Assembly (NCBI GenBank): GCA_051746525.1
Contig: JBNJFD010000008.1
Span: 1-24,000 of the forward strand
From: Bacillota bacterium
GTDB taxonomy: Bacteria > Bacillota > Halanaerobiia > Halobacteroidales > Halobacteroidaceae
Length of the DNA stretch: 24,000 nt
Reading direction: 5' to 3'
The notes beneath the pieces are model-generated. The model was not told the DNA's origin, did no database searches, and saw only the letters and a list, made by a program, of their open reading frames with translations. Both the position numbers and the translations under genes were made by a program. Position 1 is the first letter of the stretch, and each line of letters opens with the position of its first letter. Of the stretch, positions 15,299 to 21,847 are shown in pieces.

Positions 15299-17110
15299 AT
15301 GAGTGAACAAAATCAGATCAAAATTAAAGCTAAGGATAAAAAAGAGGCATTAACTAAAGCTTATCAGCATTTTCAAAATGAACTTAATTCAGAAGTAGTA
15401 CAAGAAGAGATCAAACTAAATTTAGTAGATGAAGAAGGCGGATTTTTAGGCATTTTTGGTGGGAAAAAAGTTTATCAAGCAGAATATGTAGAAGTTGAAG
15501 AAGAAGAAGCTGTAGATGGAACTTTTGAACTTAAAATTAATCAAGATGGAATTTTTTTAAAAGTTAATCAACCACAAGGTGCAGGGACAGAAGTGGAATT
15601 AAAAGATGTTGAAGAACAACTAGAGGACAAAGAGATAGAAGAAGTAGATTATGAAGCTGTTAGTGAGGCTTTAAGTTTGGATGGAGAAGAAGTTAAAATT
15701 GCTGAGAGAAAACCAGAATTAGATAGAGATGCTGAAGTTAATGTGGAGATAGCTCCTGATGAATTATCAGCGCATCTTAATTACAAGCCTGCTTTGGGCG
15801 GTGAAAATTATAGTGCTGCTCAAGTAATAGATAAAGTTAAAGAAGAAGGAGTAACTTATGGAATTAATAAAGATGAATTTTTAAATCGATTTGAGGCAGC
15901 AGAAGAGTTGGAAAATTTTGAAATTGCAGTAGGAGAAGAGGCTATACCTGGAGATGACGCTCAATTAGAATTTGAATTTGATACGGAATCTGATAGTAAC
16001 AAGGTTAAAATTGATGAAGAGGGCAAGGCTGATTTTTATAATTTAGGTAAGATTATTAATGTAGAAGAGGGAGAGGTATTAGTTAGCAAAACTCCTGCTA
16101 CTGAAGGAACAGCAGGGAAGACTGTTACTGGAGAAAAAATAGCTCCTCCTTCTGGCGAAGATATAAAACTGCCTGCTGGTAAAAATGTTAAGGTTGGAGA
16201 TGATGGACTAGAACTAATTTCTGAAATGGAAGGACAAGTCTCCTATGACGGTTCAAAAGTTGATGTTGATAATACTCATCAAGTAAACGGTGATGTAGAT
16301 TTGTCAACGGGGAATATAAATTTTAGTGGTAATGTTATTGTGCGCGGTGATGTAAAAGAAGGGATGGAGATTAATGCTAAAGGGAGTGTCGAAATAAAAG
16401 GAAGTGTTTATGAAGCTGATATTAAAGCAGAAGGACAGATAATAGTAAATAAAGGATTTATCGGTTCTGCAAGTAAAGGTTTGTTGGATTCTGATAGTAA
16501 TATTGAAGTTAAATTTATTGAAAATGGTAAGGTAAAAGCTGAAAAAGATTTAGTAGTTCGCGATGCTATAATTCATAGTGATGTAGATGTGGGAAAAACT
16601 ATAACTGTAGAATATGGCAAAGGTTTGATTTCAGGAGGAACTGTAAGAGCAGGAGAAGCAATAACTGCTAAAGTTATTGGCTCTAATCTAGCTACTTCTA
16701 CTACAGTAGCAGTAGGAATAACTCCTGAATTAAGAGATGAGTATCATCAGATAAAAGAAGATTTAGAAGGAATGCAGTCTGACTTGAATGAAACAGTAAA
16801 AAATGTGAACTTGTTAAAAAAGGTTAAGGAAAAACAAGATGGTCTGGATGAACGAAAAGAGTTATTATTAAATCAGTTAATTAGAAAAAGATTTTCGTTG
16901 TCTAAAGAGATAGAAGACCTAAAAAAAGAAAAGGAAGAGTTGGCTGAAAAACTAGAGAAAAGAAAAGAAGGCACAATCAAAGTTAAAAAAGAGATAAATC
17001 CTGGAGTTGTAGTGATGATTGGTACTTATAAGAAAAAAGTTACTGAAAAAAATACCAATGTTAAATATTATGTAGAAAAAGGAGATATTAAATCTACATC
17101 CTGTGTCTAG
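15299..17110 (+). CDS. DUF342/FapA-like flagellar assembly protein with a Jag_N-like N-terminal module
   Basis: About 600 aa. N-terminal IKIKAKDKKEALTKA......GGFLGIFGGKK. Two FapA_N-like segments (GTFELKINQDGIFLKV...; AEVNVEIAPDELSAHLNYKP...GVTYGINKDEF). Beta-helix-type repeats (GDVDLSTGNINFSGNVIVRGDVKEGMEINAKGSVEIKGSVYEADIKAEGQIIV). A C-terminal coiled coil. The start is ambiguous: TTG 15287, GTG 15293 or ATG 15299. Confidence 0.8.
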   Translation: MSEQNQIKIKAKDKKEALTKAYQHFQNELNSEVVQEEIKLNLVDEEGGFLGIFGGKKVYQAEYVEVEEEEAVDGTFELKINQDGIFLKVNQPQGAGTEVELKDVEEQLEDKEIEEVDYEAVSEALSLDGEEVKIAERKPELDRDAEVNVEIAPDELSAHLNYKPALGGENYSAAQVIDKVKEEGVTYGINKDEFLNRFEAAEELENFEIAVGEEAIPGDDAQLEFEFDTESDSNKVKIDEEGKADFYNLGKIINVEEGEVLVSKTPATEGTAGKTVTGEKIAPPSGEDIKLPAGKNVKVGDDGLELISEMEGQVSYDGSKVDVDNTHQVNGDVDLSTGNINFSGNVIVRGDVKEGMEINAKGSVEIKGSVYEADIKAEGQIIVNKGFIGSASKGLLDSDSNIEVKFIENGKVKAEKDLVVRDAIIHSDVDVGKTITVEYGKGLISGGTVRAGEAITAKVIGSNLATSTTVAVGITPELRDEYHQIKEDLEGMQSDLNETVKNVNLLKKVKEKQDGLDERKELLLNQLIRKRFSLSKEIEDLKKEKEELAEKLEKRKEGTIKVKKEINPGVVVMIGTYKKKVTEKNTNVKYYVEKGDIKSTSCV

Positions 17111-17122
17111 GAGGGGATAAAG

Positions 17123-17440
17123 ATGGTAGAGCCCATTAATCCAAAGACAATTATGTCCCGCTCGATGGAGTTAAGTAGTCTTGAACAAAATAAAAAGATG
17201 CAGCCGGAAATACAACAGCAGCAAATTGCAACTGCTCAACAAAAAAAACAAGAGAAAGAGCAAAAGCAGGTTAATAAAAGTAAAGAGAGTGAACACAAAA
17301 GAGTTAATGAAGAACAAGATGAGGATCAAGCTAAAGGTAATTTTGAAAGCAAACCACAGCAAGAACAAGAAGATGAGGAGTCTTCTTCTGCAAAACAGAA
17401 TGAAGACTCAATAGGTCAGCATATAGATATAAAGGTTTGA
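17123..17440 (+). CDS. Hypothetical Q/E/K-rich, probably disordered protein
   Basis: 105-aa ORF with a strong RBS (TAGGAGGGG), 12 nt after the DUF342 stop. It is co-oriented and followed without a real gap by the next gene. Strong composition bias (QQQQIATAQQKKQEKEQKQ...EEQDEDQ...QQEQEDEE) and no hydrophobic core that I can see. Coding status rests on context and the RBS. Confidence 0.55.
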   Translation: MVEPINPKTIMSRSMELSSLEQNKKMQPEIQQQQIATAQQKKQEKEQKQVNKSKESEHKRVNEEQDEDQAKGNFESKPQQEQEDEESSSAKQNEDSIGQHIDIKV

Positions 17441-17455
17441 TTGGAGTTGATGATA

Positions 17456-17962
17456 ATGGAATACGCTTTATTTGCCGTTGGAATAATAGTAATTATTATA
17501 TCATTATATTTAACTTATAAACAAAGAACTAGTAATCAAGATGAGTATTATTTGCAATCTGAATTATTAGCAGAAGTTAGAGAAGTAAAGGAACAAGTGG
17601 AAGAACAATCAAGAACTTTAAGTGACCAAGATTTTCAAGATGTTTTTGATTCTAAATTGGAGCAACAGCAATTTGATAAAAGAACAGATACTATAATTGC
17701 TGGAATTAAAGATGAGCTTAGTGTTGTAGAAGAAAAGATAGATAGATTAGAAAATAAAATAAATTATTCTTTATCAAATCCCAGTACTTCGACTACAGAA
17801 GCAAAGCAGGAACAAGAAACTAAAGCAGAACATCAGGCTTATAAAGAAATAGAAAAATTAGTAGAAGAAGGCTTTTCTCTGCCTGAAGTAGCTCAAAAGC
17901 TAGATATGGGTACTAGAGAAGTAAAATTGATTTGGAAGTTTAATTCGCGAGGTGAAGAATAA
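17456..17962 (+). CDS. Hypothetical single-pass membrane protein with coiled-coil and C-terminal HTH-like module (positional analogue of SwrB)
   Basis: TM helix YALFAVGIIVIIISLYLTY, then an acidic/coiled-coil stretch, then the C-terminal YKEIEKLVEEGFSLPEVAQKLDMGTREVKLIWKF. GGAG (17443-17446) is 9 nt upstream of ATG 17456. The track start TTG 17441 abuts the previous stop and is also possible. Confidence 0.6.
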   Translation: MEYALFAVGIIVIIISLYLTYKQRTSNQDEYYLQSELLAEVREVKEQVEEQSRTLSDQDFQDVFDSKLEQQQFDKRTDTIIAGIKDELSVVEEKIDRLENKINYSLSNPSTSTTEAKQEQETKAEHQAYKEIEKLVEEGFSLPEVAQKLDMGTREVKLIWKFNSRGEE

Positions 17963-18423
17963 TGCTGCAGGATGTTTTATTAGGTGTAGGGATAACTTTA
18001 ATTATTATATCTCTGCTGTTAATTGGATTTAGTGAGGACCCTACTGTTGAAAAAGAACAATTATCAGAAGAAGAAATTATTAATAGAGCTAAAAACATTG
18101 GCATGATTTTTCCTGAATTGGAGCAGGAACAGCAAGAGGAACAGGAAGCAGATGCAGCAGTTGCAAAGCAAAATCTAGTTGATCAAAACAAACAAAATGA
18201 TAATTCTTCTATAAACTCTCCTAAAACTATCAAAATCCCTCCTGGAATTTCTAGTCAAGAAGTAGCTGATATATTATTGAAAAAAAAGTTAATTAAAGAT
18301 CAAGAAAGTTTCATGAAATTATTAAAAAAATTCAATTTAGAAAACAAAATAAGAGCTGGAGAATATGAGGTAAAATCTAATATTTCCCCACTGAAATTAT
18401 TGTTGATACTAACTATAGAGTAA
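17962..18423 (+). CDS. Hypothetical single-pass membrane protein carrying only a YceG/MltG-type N-terminal (LysM-like) domain
   Basis: TM helix VLLGVGITLIIISLLLIGF, an acidic linker, then IKIPPGISSQEVADILLKKKLIKDQESFMKLLKKFNLENKIRAGEYEVKSNISPLKLLLIL. This follows the MltG N-domain pattern (I.IP.G.s...Ia..L...gvI.....F..........l.aG.Y.l...ms...il..L). The ORF then ends with no catalytic domain. TAATG overlap with the preceding gene; GAGGTG RBS. Confidence 0.65.
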   Translation: MLQDVLLGVGITLIIISLLLIGFSEDPTVEKEQLSEEEIINRAKNIGMIFPELEQEQQEEQEADAAVAKQNLVDQNKQNDNSSINSPKTIKIPPGISSQEVADILLKKKLIKDQESFMKLLKKFNLENKIRAGEYEVKSNISPLKLLLILTIE

Positions 18424-18469
18424 AGGGCGAGTCTGTTAAGCAGCTAAATTAAAAAAATAGTTACAAATG

Positions 18470-18498
18470 TTGATATTGTTTTGGGGTTGTGGTATACT
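18470..18498 (+). promoter_or_regulatory. Sigma-A-type promoter for rpsB(-tsf)
   Basis: TTGATA (18470-18475), a 17-nt spacer, and an extended -10 TGgTATACT (18490-18498). It lies about 135 nt upstream of the rpsB ATG. Confidence 0.7.
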
Positions 18499-18504
18499 AC
18501 TTAA

Positions 18505-18634
18505 TGATGTGTGAAAAAAACTATTAGCACGCACATTTCTGGACCTTGAGAAAGGTGCCTTATGTACTAATTAATAGGGTCTTGTCAGGGGTTGAAGGAA
18601 ATGGAGGTTTAAAACCAAGAGGAGGTTTTTATTA
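18505..18634 (+). promoter_or_regulatory. Long structured 5' leader of rpsB (candidate ribosomal-protein S2 autoregulatory leader)
   Basis: About 130 nt lie between the predicted -10 and the ATG. Hairpin ATGTGTG (18507-18513) pairs with CGCACAT (18530-18536). A small ACCTT-GAGA-AAGGT hairpin follows. A decoy GGAGG (in aaatGGAGGttt) lies upstream of the real SD AGAGGAGG. Its function is inferred only. Confidence 0.35.
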
Positions 18635-19396
18635 ATGGGTGTAGTAACTATGAAACAGTTGTTAGAGACAGGAGTGCATTTTGGACATCGGACTAGAAGA
18701 TGGAATCCTAAGATGGAAGAGTATATTTTTACTGAGCGAAATGGAATTTATATTGTTGATTTGCAGCAGACAATGAAATTAGCAGAAGATGCTTATAATT
18801 TTGTTCGTGATTTAATCAGCGATGATAATAATATTTTATTCGTAGGAACAAAGAGACAAGCTCAGGAAACAATTGAGGAAGAAGCTGAAAGATGCGGCAT
18901 GCCTTATGTAAATCAGAGATGGTTAGGTGGTATGTTAACTAATTACCAGACAATTAAAAAACGAATTGATCGCTTAGAAGAGATTGAGCAAATGGAAGAA
19001 GACGGAGTTTTAGAGGTGCTGCCTAATAAAGAGGCTTTAGAATTAGAAAGAGAGAGAGAAAAACTGCAGAGATTTTTAGGCGGGATTAGAGATATGAATG
19101 GTTTGCCAGATGCTTTATTTGTAGTAGACCCTAAAAAAGAAGAAATTGCAGTGGCTGAAGCTAACAAGCTAGGAATCCCAGTTATTGGTATCGCTGATAC
19201 TAATTGCGATCCAGATGTAATTGATCATATTATTCCGGGTAATGATGATGCTATTCGAGCAGTTAAATTAATTACGGGAATTATTGCTGATGCTGTTTTA
19301 GAAGGCAAGCAAGGAGAACAAATTCAAGAAGCTCAACAAGAAGAACAGCAGGAACTTGAAGAAACTGAAGAAAACACTAGTGATGAAGAAGAGTAA
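18635..19396 (+). CDS. rpsB: 30S ribosomal protein S2
   Basis: [38 protein letters not shown]...... and [11 protein letters not shown] are near-universal S2 blocks. It carries an acidic C-terminal tail. Confidence 0.98.
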   Translation: MGVVTMKQLLETGVHFGHRTRRWNPKMEEYIFTERNGIYIVDLQQTMKLAEDAYNFVRDLISDDNNILFVGTKRQAQETIEEEAERCGMPYVNQRWLGGMLTNYQTIKKRIDRLEEIEQMEEDGVLEVLPNKEALELEREREKLQRFLGGIRDMNGLPDALFVVDPKKEEIAVAEANKLGIPVIGIADTNCDPDVIDHIIPGNDDAIRAVKLITGIIADAVLEGKQGEQIQEAQQEEQQELEETEENTSDEEE

Positions 19397-19410
19397 AAAA
19401 ACTAATTAAG

Positions 19411-19456
19411 AGGCGCGGCTAAGGAGAGAGATTAGCTCTCTCTAGCGCCTTTTTTA
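19411..19456 (+). terminator. Compound hairpin plus T5 between rpsB and tsf (intrinsic terminator/attenuator)
   Basis: Outer stem AGGCGC (19411-19416) pairs with GCGCCT (19445-19450). Inner stem GAGAGAG (19424-19430) pairs with CTCTCTC (19436-19442). TTTTT follows (19451-19455). Confidence 0.75.
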
Positions 19457-19476
19457 ACTATAGGGAGGTCTGAGAA

Positions 19477-20358
19477 ATGGGAATTTCTACAGCTGATATT
19501 AAAGAATTAAGAGCAAGAACTAGTGCAGGAATGTTAGATTGCAAAAAAGCATTAACTGAAACAGATGGTGATTTAGAAGCAGCAGTTGATTATTTAAGAG
19601 AAAAAGGGATGTCTTCTGCGGAAAAGAAGGCAGATAGAGTTGCTGCTGAGGGTTTAGTTTCTGTTGAAGAGCAGGATGATGTGGCGGTAATTGTTGAAAT
19701 TAATTCAGAAACAGATTTTGTTGCTAAAACTGACCAATTTAAAGAAGTAGTACAAAATATTACTGATCATATTTTAGAAGAGCAACCTGATTCTGTAGGG
19801 CAGGCTTTAGAGCAACCGCTGCAGGGAAAAGGTGAAGCAGTAGAAAAATATTTAAAAGAATCTATTGCTCAAATTGGAGAAAAAATAACGTTAAGAAGAT
19901 TTGAGATTATAGAAAAGAAGGCAGATCAAACTGTTGCTACTTATTTACATATGGGAGGGCAGATTGGTGTAGTAGTTTTATTAGAAAATGCTGAAGAAGA
20001 AACTGCTAAAAATGTAGCTATGCATATTGCTGCTGCTAACCCTGATTATTTAAGCAGAGAAGATGTTTCAGAAAGTGAAGTAGAGAAAGAAAAGAAAATT
20101 TTAAGAAAACAAGCTGAACAAGAAAACAAGCCGGATCATATAATTGAGAAGATTGTAGAAGGTAGGCTTAATAAATTTTATCAGCAGAATTGTTTATTAG
20201 AGCAAGAATATATTAGAGATACTGATTTAACTGTTGAAGAATTAGTAGAACAAAAGGATGTTGTGATTAAAGATTTTGTTCGTTATGAAGTAGGAGAAGG
20301 AATTGAAGTAGAAGAAGAAGATTTTGCTGAAGAAGTAATGAATGAAGTCAACAAGTAA
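19477..20358 (+). CDS. tsf: Translation elongation factor Ts
   Basis: N-terminal UBA-like block IKELRARTSAGMLDCKKALTETDGDLEAAVDYLREKG, plus EINSETDFVAK and HIAA.NP.YL. AGGGAGG RBS. Confidence 0.98.
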   Translation: MGISTADIKELRARTSAGMLDCKKALTETDGDLEAAVDYLREKGMSSAEKKADRVAAEGLVSVEEQDDVAVIVEINSETDFVAKTDQFKEVVQNITDHILEEQPDSVGQALEQPLQGKGEAVEKYLKESIAQIGEKITLRRFEIIEKKADQTVATYLHMGGQIGVVVLLENAEEETAKNVAMHIAAANPDYLSREDVSESEVEKEKKILRKQAEQENKPDHIIEKIVEGRLNKFYQQNCLLEQEYIRDTDLTVEELVEQKDVVIKDFVRYEVGEGIEVEEEDFAEEVMNEVNK

Positions 20359-20377
20359 AGAAATTAAGGAATAAAAA

Positions 20378-20404
20378 AGAGAACACGGGTGTGTTCTCTT
20401 TTTT
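20378..20404 (+). terminator. Rho-independent terminator after tsf
   Basis: AGAGAACAC pairs with GTGTTCTCT (9 bp) across a GGGT loop. An A-run flanks it upstream and TTTTTT follows downstream. Confidence 0.85.
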
Positions 20405-20464
20405 AAGATTAATAGATTAAATAATTAGCTAGTATACTTCAAAATGAACTGGGGGTTACATTTA

Positions 20465-21178
20465 ATGTCTGGGACTAATTATTCTAGAGTAATTGTCAAG
20501 TTAAGTGGGGATGCTTTGTCAGGAGAAAAAGAATATGGCATTGACCCTCAATTTATTAATTCAATTGCAGAAGAACTGAAAAGTGTTGTTGAAACAGGAT
20601 TAGAATTAGCGATTGTAGTTGGAGGAGGCAATATCTTTAGGGGTGTTGCAGGTAGTGCTAAAGGAATGGATCGTGGAACTGCTGATTATATGGGGATGTT
20701 AGCTACAGTAATTAATGCTTTAGCGCTGCAGGATGCCATAGAAAAATTAGATGTAGAAACTAGAGTTCAAACTGCTATTACAATGAAAGAAGTTGCTGAG
20801 CCTTATATTAGAAGAAAAGCAATGCGCCATTTAGAAAAAGGAAGAGTAGTTATTTTTGCTGCTGGAACTGGGAACCCTTATTTTTCTACGGATACTACAG
20901 CCGCTTTGCGGGCAGCAGAAATTAATGCTGATGCAATATTAATGGCTAAAAATGTTGATGGGGTTTATGATTCTGACCCAGACCAAAATCCTGATGCTGT
21001 TAAATTTAAAGAATTAAATTATATTGATGTTTTAAACCGCGGCTTAGGAGTTATGGATTCTACAGCAGTTTCTTTATGTATGGATAATCAAATCCCATTG
21101 GTTGTTTTTGGTATAAAAGAATTAGGTAATATCAAAAGAGTTCTTGCTGGAGAAGAAATTGGTACTTTTGTAAGATAA
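20465..21178 (+). CDS. pyrH: UMP kinase
   Basis: [39 protein letters not shown], and [41 protein letters not shown] lies 9 nt upstream of ATG 20465. The track start 20444 probably over-extends. Confidence 0.97.
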   Translation: MSGTNYSRVIVKLSGDALSGEKEYGIDPQFINSIAEELKSVVETGLELAIVVGGGNIFRGVAGSAKGMDRGTADYMGMLATVINALALQDAIEKLDVETRVQTAITMKEVAEPYIRRKAMRHLEKGRVVIFAAGTGNPYFSTDTTAALRAAEINADAILMAKNVDGVYDSDPDQNPDAVKFKELNYIDVLNRGLGVMDSTAVSLCMDNQIPLVVFGIKELGNIKRVLAGEEIGTFVR

Positions 21179-21194
21179 AGAGGAGGGATTAATA

Positions 21195-21752
21195 ATGATT
21201 AAGCAAGTAGAAAAAGAAGCACAAGAAAAGATGGAAGAGGCATTAGAAGATGTGAAAAAAGAATTTAATAAGTTGAGGACTGGTCGTGCTAGACCATCTT
21301 TGTTAGATGGAATTCAAGCAGAATATTATGGTCAATATACCCCACTTAATCAAATGGCTAAGATCTCTGCTCCAGAGGCTAGACAGTTATTAATTAGCCC
21401 TTATGATAATAACGTATTAGAGGATATAGAAAAAGCAATCCAAAAGTCTGATTTAGATTTAACTCCTAACAATGATGGAGATGTGATTAGGATTAACATC
21501 CCACAATTAACAGAAGAGCGAAGAAAAGAATTAGCTAAAAAAGCCAATGATAAAGCAGAAGATGGTCGAGTGGTCATTAGAAAGATTAGACGAGAGGCTA
21601 ATGATGAGTTAGAGCTATTAGAAGCTGAAGGTGATATTTCAGAAGACAATTATCACCGTGGCTTAGAAAACATTCAGGAATTAACGGATAAATATATTGA
21701 AAAAGTAGATACTCTATTAGAAAATAAAAAAGAAGCAATTATGGAAGTATAG
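21195..21752 (+). CDS. frr: Ribosome recycling factor
   Basis: 185 aa containing F.KLRTGRA.PSLLD.I..EYYG..TPLNQ.A.IS.PE.R.L.I.P.D and I.IPQLTEERRKELAK.A....E..RV.IR.IRR.AND. Confidence 0.98.
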   Translation: MIKQVEKEAQEKMEEALEDVKKEFNKLRTGRARPSLLDGIQAEYYGQYTPLNQMAKISAPEARQLLISPYDNNVLEDIEKAIQKSDLDLTPNNDGDVIRINIPQLTEERRKELAKKANDKAEDGRVVIRKIRREANDELELLEAEGDISEDNYHRGLENIQELTDKYIEKVDTLLENKKEAIMEV

Positions 21753-21794
21753 TACTTAAAATAATTTAGTTTGGGGTTTAACTATAATACCCTA

Positions 21795-21829
21795 CTTAGC
21801 CCCCTCAACTATCGAGGGGGTTAGTTTGT
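21795..21829 (+). terminator. Hairpin after frr (probable weak intrinsic terminator)
   Basis: TTAGCCCCCTC (21796-21806) pairs with GAGGGGGTTAG (21814-21824), including G-U pairs, across a 7-nt loop. A short interrupted T-run (TTTGT) follows. Confidence 0.55.
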
Positions 21830-21847
21830 AAAATAGGAGTTGATTTT

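Noticed and set aside
17181-17414. 77-aa K-rich alternative-frame ORF within the 17123..17440 gene.
   Set aside because: It has no SD and starts internally. The frame beginning at 17123 has the strong RBS and operon coupling. Low-complexity A/G-rich DNA keeps several frames open.
18467-18511. Short ATG-initiated ORF (about 14 codons) in the rpsB upstream region as a leader peptide.
   Set aside because: It overlaps the predicted -35/-10 elements, so it would mostly lie upstream of the TSS. It has no SD. It is considered noise.
20405-20443. TATACT at 20433-20438 as a -10 element for an independent pyrH promoter.
   Set aside because: There is no convincing -35 (TTGACA-like) at 17±1 nt, only TAATAG/TTAATA. 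A promoter here is plausible after the strong tsf terminator, but the sequence alone does not support a confident call.
2517-20464. Longer N-terminal extensions given by the ORF track for fliM (2517), fliY (3514), PilZ (12099), cheC (12916), the DUF342 protein (15287), the 17441 ORF and pyrH (20444).
   Set aside because: In each case a downstream start has a well-spaced SD (GGGAGG, GGGAGGAGG, AAGGGGGG, AGAGGTGAT, GGGGG) and yields the family-typical N-terminus. The upstream start sits in or too close to the SD, or overlaps the previous gene. The shorter models are preferred but not proven.
1527-21649. Nine minus-strand ORFs in the supplied track (1527..1778, 2861..3103, 8923..9105, 10538..10726, 11845..12117, 12518..12772, 17171..17368, 18943..19167, 21401..21649) as possible antisense genes.
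   Set aside because: Each lies wholly inside a strongly supported, motif-rich plus-strand gene (motB, fliM, flhA, flhF, flhG, PilZ, the Q/E/K ORF, rpsB, frr). Their translations are low-complexity S/L/F/K-rich strings typical of the reverse complement of GAA/AAA-rich coding DNA. I see no SD or promoter context. They are treated as shadow ORFs.
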